A stretch of DNA of 64,000 nucleotides from Eledone cirrhosa (Eukaryota): the NCBI GenBank assembly GCA_964016885.1, contig OZ024742.1:133052001-133116000 (forward strand), given 5' to 3'. Positions 54,060 to 64,000 of the stretch are shown here, one piece after another. Under the pieces are notes generated by a model. The model had not been told where the DNA came from and did no database searches. It saw only the letters and a list, made by a program, of their open reading frames with translations. The position numbers and the translations under genes are program-made. Each line of letters starts with the position of its first letter. The stretch's first letter is position 1.

Positions 54060-55818
54060 AACTATTATAGGTTTCGGCCAGTATTGGTCCAGGCCATGTC
54101 TAACTTAATAGCACCACCTGGCGAAGACTTACAAATCAGTGTTTGGGCACCATGGCCCACTCGAGCAGAGAGTTATTGTTTACGGAGGCATATCCGGGAG
54201 TAGGAGGCTTTTCCGGTTTTCTTGAAGGAATTTCTCCAAACACTTCTTGATCTTGATGGGGTCTGTTTCTGCTTTGATGTGTTTTGGTGTAATGTTAAAG
54301 AGAGCAGGGCCAAGTGAGGTGAAATAAGTGTGCCGTATTGTTGTTATGAGATGCGAGTGATATTTTTGTCGTGGGCGGATAGCACGGGGCCCAAGCCTTG
54401 GGTGTACGTTAAAGGGGATGCCAACATCATTTGGGCAAAGCTGATGGAATATTTTCCACATCATGCAGCTAATGTAGCGTACACAGCGACGTTGGAAAGA
54501 ATAGATGTTGAGCTTTTCTAATGCACTCCAATTCTCAAGCATGTCATGCCATCTATCTTTTTTGTAATTGACCTTTGCGATGCTTCAACTTCCATGATAC
54601 TTTGTTCGTGCGGGGAGACCACAGTGGACAACAGTTTTCAATGTGGTGTCGGGCAAAAGTGGAGAAGAGAAGGATAGAATCAATGATAGAAAAAATGATA
54701 GAATCAAAATGAAAATCGAGAGAAAGAGCGAAAACTAGAAAGCGAGAACTAGAGAGACGAAGAGAATGATAATGAAAAGGAGAATGAGAGAAGAAAGAGC
54801 AAATGAGAAAAGAATTAGAAAAACAAGAGGGAAAGCGAGAGAGAAAAGAAAAGGAGAGAAGGAGAGAGAGAGTGCTAGAGAGAGAGAGAGACAGTGCTAG
54901 AGAGAGAGAGAGACAGTGCTAGAGAGAGAGAGACAGTGCTAGAGAGAGAGAGACGGTGCTAGAGAGAGAGAGACGGTGCTAGAGAGAGAGTGCTAGAGAG
55001 AGAGAGACGGTGCCAGAGAGAGACGGTGCTAGAGAGAGAGTGCTAGAGAGAGTGTGCTAGAGAGAGAGAGACGGTGCTAGAGAGAGAGTGCTATTTTGTA
55101 ATTGACCTTTGCGATGCTTCAACTTCCATGATACTTTGTTCGTGCGGGGAGACCACAGTGGACAACAGTTTTCAATGTGGTGTCGGGCAAAAGTGGAGAA
55201 GAGAAGGATAACATGTGGATATCTCTCGACTGGAAAGTTCTGAGAATCCAGGAACACATTCTGCGGGCCATATCAACTTTGCAGTTTATATGAGTTGCCC
55301 AGCGTATGTAGTTGTCCAGAATTACTCCCAGGTCTCTGATGTTATTGCATGCCTCTAGAGTTTCACCCGAAGGAAGAGAGTATGGTAGTTTCAGGGCATC
55401 CTTTTTTTCAAAGTGGATTAATTCAAACTTATCCTCATTCAACAGCATATTATTATTTTTTGTCCAATGGATAACAGCCAGTAGGTCTGACTGAAGGCAA
55501 GTCTGGTCACCCACCTCATTGATGACCCTTTGGGCGTTGGAATCATCTGCAAAGATTCTTATGTTGTTGTGCTTGATTATGTCAGTAATGTCATTAATCT
55601 AGATGATGAAAGGAAGTGGGCCCAACACAGTGCCTTGTGGGACGCCACTTCTGACTTTGGCAGGGCTTGATTTTACTCCTTTGACTACAATATGCTGGGT
55701 TCTGTCTGTCAGGAAACATTTGATCCACTGTAGTAACCTTCCACAGGCACCAACATTGAATAGTTTTTTCAGTAGAATCTTATGATCAACCCTGTCAAAG
55801 GCATTGCTGAAATCAAGT
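54060..55818 (-). mobile_element. CR1-clade LINE, 5'-truncated, decayed RT and C-terminus
   Basis: LDFSNAFDRVDH, SGVPQGTVLGP, IFADDS, LQSDL, RDLGV, CCPLWSP, GPALFN. Interrupted at 54677-55093. Confidence 0.9.
54858..55092. repeat. Purine-rich minisatellite, (GA)n-ac(a/g)gtgct units
   Basis: About a dozen gtgct(a) units separated by variable (GA)n. Confidence 0.9.
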
Positions 55819-56889
55819 TAGTAGAAGTAGTAACACAACAGTTAGTTCACCATACAGGGAACAACTGTTTCACCTTGTTCTACCTCTCGCTCTTTCTCTC
55901 TCTCTCTCTCTATATATATATATAGTAGAGAATGAGGGCCAGTTGACCGACCTCTTGACGTTCCGAGAGCTAATTCAGAATGGATATTTACGTCTCTGCT
56001 GTGAATAAGCCATCTCATCGGAGGTGTCACCTAAATTATTGACTTGAGGACAAACGGTCACATTTGATGTCCGTTGTTGTAGATTCTAGTATCAAGTATT
56101 TATATATTTCTGTAGTAATTTCAGGAATTAATTGCCTGTATGTCTGTTTCATTAACTATGTGTCTGAAATAAGTAGTGTTCGAATGGTGAAGAATTGTAA
56201 AGAGAACAGAACATATATTGTTGTCTTGTCATCTCGAACTTGTGTGTGGTAGTCACCATCAGTGTGTATTAGCATGTTGGAAAGGTCAGCGACAATAACA
56301 CGCCCGCAAGCAGAGAAACCACACCCATAGAAACACAAAACTCACACACACGCACACACATATGCGTACATATTTTGTATGCACTCACCCGCTCCCACAC
56401 ATGTAGGAAGAACAACTGACCTTCCTTTTATGTTTTGCTTTGGTTTCATTCAATATTCACAAACAGACTTCTCAATATTATTATTTTTGTTATCATATTG
56501 GCTGTGTGTGGTTGTCATGTTTATGTTTGCTGTATTAGCTGTGGGGTGTTGGAGTGAAAATTGTTGTGCTAAAATATATTGGTGTTCCTGTTTTACTGTT
56601 GTATGTGTATTTGTGGATTATGCTAATGCTTAAGTATGTGCATATAAGCCTGTGTGTGCATGTTTGTAAGTGGGTGTTGTTATTGGTATATTTTGTATTG
56701 TTTTTTATGTGTAATTCTTCTAAATGCTAAGTACGTTTATGTATATAAATATCTTTGCATGTGGGTGTTGTTATTGGTAACGTCTGCCGTGTTGTTTGTG
56801 TATACTTACTGGGGTGGGCGTGCTAACAGAAATGTGGTGAGTCTGCATGTGTGTTGTATGTATGTAATATTACATGTGTATGTGTATAT

Positions 56890-57375
56890 GTGGGTGTGCC
56901 TGTGTGCGCGATTGAGATTGCGTGGGCCTCTGTGTCTGAAAGAGATATAGAGTTTCATATTGAAATTTTTGTATTTGTTTGTTGTCCACATTTGTCGACC
57001 AATTATTCCAGTGTGCGCATGTGTATGGTTGGAGCCGCGTGTGTATGATCCTTCTTTGTAATCTGGCGTGGCCGACTGAGTGTTAATTCGCTGTGCAACA
57101 ATTAGATTGGTGTTGTTTTACCGGCATATCTGAGGGTCTGTCTGTATAGTGTTGGTTTTGCTGTGCTGATCGAGTTGATTTTTGCATTCGCATATGTAAG
57201 CTGTCTAGCTGGGTACTGATTCTGGGTGTAATGTTGTGGGATCTCTTGATAGGTTTTATGGTAGGTTCTTGGATGAGTGTAGTTGTGTACTGTGCACACA
57301 TATAGGGGTGAATGTGGAGGTGTGGGTGAGCGTACTAAATGCTGGGAAATAATCTTACCGGCATGGATCATGTAT
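56890..57375 (-). mobile_element. Possible highly decayed PLE C-terminal remnant
   Basis: PLYVCTVHNYTHP..KINS..KPTLYRQ and DKCGQQTNTKISI loosely resemble the PLE linker and endonuclease end. Confidence 0.35.
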
Positions 57376-57384
57376 TTCTACTGC

Positions 57385-58095
57385 CCGTTATACCCATTGA
57401 CATGTAGGAAAGCAATGAATGTCCTCTTCTCCTGTTTGACGTGGGCCGGTGTCTGATGGTATTCCATGTATGTCGTCAGATCTTCAACTTTTCCTGAAGT
57501 GTTCAGCGCCGGGTGTTTTTGGCCCTTTCTCGTTTTGGCTTGCCTTCTGGTGTGCTGTGGATATTTGTTCTTGGGATGCTATCTTGCTACCTTCTGAGAA
57601 CATGCTCTATCTACTTCCATCTTCTTATGAGAAGGATTGCTGACACAATCTCCTGTTACCATCTGCCTAGCAATTCCTAACTGGAAATATTTTCAGGTCA
57701 AATTATCCTAAATATTTGTCTAAGACTCTTTGTGTGAAAAACAGTTTGTGTCATTCTCTGTCGTTCTCCAGCATTTTGTGCCGTACATATGATTAGAAAC
57801 TACACAACTCTTATGTATTCACAATTTGGTTTTTATGCTTTATTGTTGAGCTCTCCATACATTGTGGATTATTTTGAAGGTATATTTCGCTTTCCTAAGT
57901 TAGTTCCTGTTGTCCTTACCTGCTCCGCCATCATTTGTAACAGTGTTACCCAGGTAAGTGAATTATTCTGTTGTTGGTATCTCTTGTCCATTTACCTGAT
58001 AGATTGGCGGTGTTCATGAATATGACTTCTGTCTTCTGACTGATCTTCAGCTCGATCTGCTCTGCAAATTGTTTGAGGGCACATGTTTACTCCTG
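57385..58095 (-). mobile_element. RTE-clade LINE 3' fragment, decayed
   Basis: RRWK*IEHVLRR*QDSIPRT..TPEGKPKRERAKNT, with FTYLGN upstream. Confidence 0.7.
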
Positions 58096-59183
58096 AATCG
58101 TGTAGGATTCTAAATGCGAGGTGTCTTGTAAATGAAGTGTTGCCTTAAAGTAATGCGTTCGCTCCTTTTGTTAAGTAGTTGTTGCTTGGCGAACAAAGTT
58201 TTGATGGTCTCTTCAGAAGTGGACCGTAAAGTGATTGACGTGTGGAATGCGTAGAAAAGTGGTCAAGAAAAGGTTGTTGTTTCTTTGATGACGGTGTAGG
58301 TTCCAGAATCAAGTATTTATATAATGCTTTTGTTTGTATTTGGAGGAATTAGTTGTGTGTGTGTATTTCATTGTCTATGCCTACTTGAGGTTCAAATCAT
58401 TATTTTGATGCAATGGCTCGAAGACTGCTTCGAAACTCAAATTATTTAAACATATATTTATCGAAGTGAATTTTTTCTCAAATACTCCAAATGGTTAACA
58501 AGTTTTAAACAAGTTGAAATTTTGCAGAGATTTTAATTATATATATAGATTGTCACTTTTAATCTATCAATCTCACAGCAGTATCAATTTAAAGCTAACT
58601 GTAACTTTTAAATTCTATTTAAGTCGGAATGTTTTTTAACAATTCAGAACATAAGATTTCGTTAGACTATGATACAGGGATTTACTCATAACATGAGAAT
58701 ATTTGCTTCGATACAAGCTAAATAAGAACTAGGTGACGTCAAATATGCTTAACTTCTAAACAACATACCATGATTCATTCTTATAACAAATAACATAAAC
58801 AACACATATTTTAATGTGGTTAGGTTCAATAAAATTGGCCAGTGACACAATGCAATTTCTTTCAGAAAATATCATTATGAACTCTGTGATAAAATTAAGT
58901 GACATATGGATAATTCCGCCATTTTGACATATGCATAGTAATTCATAGTAACATTCTGATGCAAAGCTTATCTCCGCAAAAGAATTATGAGATATATGTT
59001 AGTATAATCCATACAGTTCGCTAAAATGTCACCAGAAATCATACCGATTATTGTCATTCGCTGCAGATTCAGTGTGTATATTATTAATATCACTTCAACA
59101 GAGGTTCACGAAGACAATCAATAAGATTGATGAAAATTCAGACGAGCACATATTGAAGTGGAAAAGAATATATATATATAGAT

Positions 59184-59243
<60 letters not shown>

Positions 59244-59244
59244 G

Positions 59245-59312
<68 letters not shown>

Positions 59313-59482
59313 CAAAGAATGGTTGAGAAAATAAGCGAGTGAGAATGAGGTCCGCCGACCTGATATATGGTGATACACTAATCTCAATACAAGAATCCAT
59401 AAGTATGTACGTATATGTGCATGCATATGTGTATATAGCACGTATGCATGTATTTATGTATGTACGTATATCTGTATATATT

Positions 59483-59585
<103 letters not shown>

Positions 59586-59868
59586 AAGGTATATATTGAG
59601 TTAGGAACTAAACATAGTCTCTTACAAGAAAATAGCTCCAAGAAAGAGATACTATAATTGAATATAAAAGAAAATCGAACACAGATATATACATATATGT
59701 GTTCAAATCGTAAGGGACCAGATACGCTAAGGTGAAAAAAAAAGTAACTATAGACAATCTGCGAACCAGCGAATCTGGTCTATAGACAATCTGACAACCA
59801 GCAAATCAGGTCCCTTGCGATTTGAAAACATATATGCATATATCTATGTTCGTATTTCTTTTATATTC

Positions 59869-60042
<174 letters not shown>

Positions 60043-60120
60043 ATAAGTATGTATATATGCATATATAATATATACATATGTATATATATATGTGTGCGTG
60101 TATGTGTGTGTGTGCGTGCA

Positions 60121-60151
<31 letters not shown>

Positions 60152-60477
60152 TAATATCTAGTGAAAGTAAAGAGGAATATATGGTCGACTTGAACAAGAT
60201 GTGATGTGATATTTGATTTGATAGGAGAAAAAAGCAATAATCATACAGATAGATACATGTAAGGTTTGTGAATGAAGAAACACTGATAGAGTCACTGTTG
60301 AAGATAATGGTTTAAATTAACTTTAGTGTGGTAAAAAGAAATAAAAAGCCATTGACTAAGCATTGTAAAACAACTATTAATATTCTAATAAATTAAAGAA
60401 ACACAGAGATAGGCATAAATACACACAGATACACACAAATAAACAGAGATACATACTTACCTAAAAGAACATTAATA

Positions 60478-61640
60478 TACCCACAGGCATATGGCTGACC
60501 ATGTGGTAAATGTTCTCGTGATGTGGTGGGACAGTATATTCAAGGAACGCTTAGATGATTATTCCCTAGAGAGAGCCATGTACCCTCGCTATGTTGATGG
60601 TATGAATATAGTGGTTAAAACACACCCACGAGAGTACGCGTGAAGCGAAACTAGAAGCCAGCATCCTCGTGATCATCCAGCAAATAACAATCTTCATCCT
60701 CTAAAGCATTAAAGTAAGAATAGACCACTCCACTAGGTAACATAACCATAGACACAGGACTCTGGGGAGAAAACAAGAACAAACGAGCCCAGTATACCAA
60801 ACACATGGCCTCGCACAATTTGATCCGTCAGAACTCAGGTCTCTCAAATATTACTAAATTCAATATTTCGATAGCGGACCTGGCAAGGGTTATGATAAAT
60901 AAGCCCTGCACAGAGTAAAAATGCACATGTATCACTTCATCCACCGACTGCAGTTATCTGATTATAAACAATGAGACAAGTTGTACAAAAGAGCCATGGC
61001 TAAATGCAAAACCATTATGGAGAATGATGCGAATGAAATTTTCCCACTTTACAGGAGAAAATCATAGAATAGCCAATACTGGACCAATAAGGATATAGGG
61101 AATGCGAACTTAGTGTATGGCAGCCAGAAATGCCAGTGTGTCATGTTCCTCGATGCTACCCCTCACCTCGAGGTGAACTAGCGTATCATTTTAGAAGAGC
61201 TTTAGACAAAATGAACATAAGGCTTAAAGTAAGAGGAAATAGGGAGCTCCCATAAAATCCCGGAACAAATGGGCATATGCTTTTAGGAAAACCCTCGTAC
61301 GTATAGAAACACTATAATTTGTGAGGTAAGCCCACAGATAAACTGAAAAACTAGAAATGTTGTCTATGGGATCAGATGTTCAGGCGAACGATGCAAAAAC
61401 ACAACAACATATATTCATAGCATATTAGAGAGATTGGAGGATCCGTAGCATAGTAGAGATATTGGAGGATCATTGGCGAGAACGTAAGGAGAAGAAAATG
61501 TCTTCGGTGTTATACCATCATGCCAAACTGGAATACGGTGGCTGAATAGATTACTTAGAAATAAAGATCATATTCCCATAGAGAACTGACACAGCACTCA
61601 TAGAAAATACGGAGTCCTCGCACATACTAGAAGATAGACC
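60478..61640 (+). mobile_element. Decayed Penelope-like element (RT and GIY-YIG remnants)
   Basis: Broken-frame motifs RYVDG (YVDD-like), ADLARVM, PLYR, VMFLDATP, RNVVYGIRC. Confidence 0.65.
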
Positions 61641-62546
61641 TAGCCTGAACAGAAAACACGAGTGGAATAGTAACAGCCCGCAAATTAACGACTGAAGAGA
61701 GATTACGACGAAAAAGAAAGACACAAACACAAAGGTGATGGCTCATACGTAAACGTGTGCACAGACACGAATCACGAAAAATGCATAATAAGACAAAAGA
61801 AATGTTGCAGTAGAAGTTTAAGTCCACAAAAAATGAAAAGGCACAAAATAGATAATCATTCATTTCACAGGTTGCCTGACACATGAACTTTAGACAAATG
61901 AATGAATAACAATCAATATAAATAAAGATAACGTGAACATTATATGGTGCGTGTGTTTCTATTATTGGCAATACTGACAACATGACCATCACCAAATATA
62001 ACTATATATACATGGTTTGTCATAGAAAAAAAATTCTGCCAAACACATATTCACACACACACATTCTCTATTTTCGAAAATAAAACACCATAGCTAAATA
62101 TATTTTAACATACGTTAATATTTTAACATCTTAACATGCTAGCCATAACCCCCCCCCCCCACACACACACACATTTACACACGCCTTCTCCATTTCTACT
62201 AATGGAATACATTTTACTCCTATTATCAATACGATAAACCACTTTCCTACACACACACACGCGGATACAAATGGAAATATATATTTCTCTTTTCTACCCT
62301 GCCACCACCATCACCGCCGCCACCACGTTCAACACAAATATTCATTTTATTTCAATAGAAAGTCTGATTTTAGACACTGTAGCACGAAATCAGCAATACC
62401 CACTGAACCAGAACTATTTCTCCCCCTCCCTTGACCATTATTGTTTGTTTGGCTCACAACTTTCTATGACAAACCATCCTTCTCTGGCTTCTATGCTATA
62501 TGCCCAATCATGTGACTGTGACCAACAAATAAAATGGCAAATAAAA

Positions 62547-62750
62547 TGAGAACCTTTGAACACGAACTGGCGCGAAATTGTATGTACTTATTCATGTGAC
62601 AGTCATTAACCAACCGAATTACACTTCAAATAAAACAAAAATTTGCGTCATATCTTTAAAGGCCAATACAATAAGAACTTTCGAACATGAATTGGCGCGA
62701 AATTTATTGTACATATCCACGTGAGAGTCATCAACCAACTAAATTAAACC
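62547..62750 (+). repeat. Two diverged ~125-bp-spaced repeats containing TGGCGCGAAA
   Basis: gaac..gaa(c/t)tggcgcgaaatt..gtga(c/g)agtcat..accaac at about 62550 and 62675. Confidence 0.7.
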
Positions 62751-63019
62751 CCCCAGCAATTTAAACCACTCTTCCCGCATAAATAAGCAACCACTTTCAA
62801 ACACGAACCAGATACGAGACAAAACACAACAGAAACACAGACGCCCATCTCAATTTTACATCTGAAAATCGTAAGAACTGTGAAACCGGCAAAGTAATTA
62901 AATAAATATTCTTAAAATACTCCAGTTACATTTTCAATTTCTTTTCCCTAAACTTTCACCCGTGTGGGGCATCTCGTTATAAACAACAACTCATTTTCTT
63001 ATTTACACACACACACACA

Positions 63020-63060
<41 letters not shown>

Positions 63061-63065
<5 letters not shown>

Positions 63066-63252
63066 AGTAAGTAAGACCCCGACGGCTGAGCTCAAGCCGT
63101 TTCGACGGCTAATTCTGTACAGAATTAGCCGTCGAAACGGCTTGACGTCAGCCGTCGGGGTCTTACTTACTCCTATTACCCACTCTATTACCCTAAGTAT
63201 TGAGTACTTTGGTGCGTTATGGTCCACCTGGTTCCTTACCACTTTTCCCTCG
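63061..63252. repeat. 116-bp near-perfect palindrome (63061-63176) plus tail, half-hammerhead family
   Basis: Centre ctgt|acag, two mismatches (gagctc versus gacgtc). Confidence 0.92.
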
Positions 63253-63317
<65 letters not shown>

Positions 63318-64000
63318 GGATTTTAGTAAATGGAGACTAAGTGTCTTTATAATTTAAACGAAAGACAATCAAGAAAATAGATGCTGGCAGGTGGAAAAAT
63401 AATAGTAATGTGGGCGCTAATATAATTCATGGAAACAAAAATCCTGGAAGTTGTAATTATTTAGAATTATGAATGTAGAGGAAACAGGAACTTTTTTTGA
63501 AACGTTATTTTCTTCGAAGGGAAAAAAAATGAGTGGAATATATACAAAATATATACAAATTAATACTACTTAAAGTAAATAACATGGTAAAGTACAATTT
63601 ATTGTTATTTTTATGAAGCAGGTAATGGCGAATCATCTTGCGCGGTTATTTTCTAGTGAATGCAGAGATACATAACCTGTATTAGTATTTAAAACGTGTA
63701 TCCTGCATGTATATATGTATATTCACTCACTACGTTATTAACAACCTGAATGGATATTCAGTACATGCACGTCCAGCGATATATATACGCATATTCATAA
63801 CTCTCTCGGCCTCTATTTCTCTTCGGTTATTATACACACATACGCACGTATTTAAATAAATACGCACATGCATGCACACACACACACACACAAACATACA
63901 TATATATATATGTATAAATATACATACAAATGCATATGTGTGTAAATATATATATATATATATATATATATAGCGAAGGAAAAGTGGTAAGGAACCAGGT

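Noticed and set aside
54858-55092. CRISPR-like periodic repeat
   Set aside because: The spacers are just (GA)n, the context is eukaryotic and there are no cas genes.
55945-56031. Minus-strand CCGATGA..GGAACGTC HHR-like fold (related stub near 58215)
   Set aside because: Two core changes and a weak stem I. Probably a dead HHR, so it is not counted.

Overview
AT-rich eukaryotic non-coding DNA full of (TA)n, (TG)n and (GA)n microsatellites. The SINE and MITE families look like those of a coleoid cephalopod, probably Octopus (inference). No host protein-coding gene is supported, and most entries in the ORF track are microsatellite artefacts. The window is a mosaic of mobile DNA: a decayed near-full-length Tx1/L1-clade LINE (36.7-42.1 kb), CR1- and RTE-clade fragments, several Penelope-like element (PLE) remnants, two tRNA-derived SINE families, three non-autonomous Helitrons and a TTAA MITE. 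The main hidden signal is about 20 type-I hammerhead ribozyme (HHR) motifs from about nine sequence families, folded by eye. They sit in fold-back palindromes and in two tandem non-coding repeat families. One is a ~430-nt structured monomer with an HHR and an ATGCAAAT octamer (five loci, six HHRs); the other is a ~480-nt monomer. Both are candidate non-LTR retrozymes that could produce circular RNA. Coordinates were read by hand and may be off by a few bases. No cleavage activity or expression has been shown.
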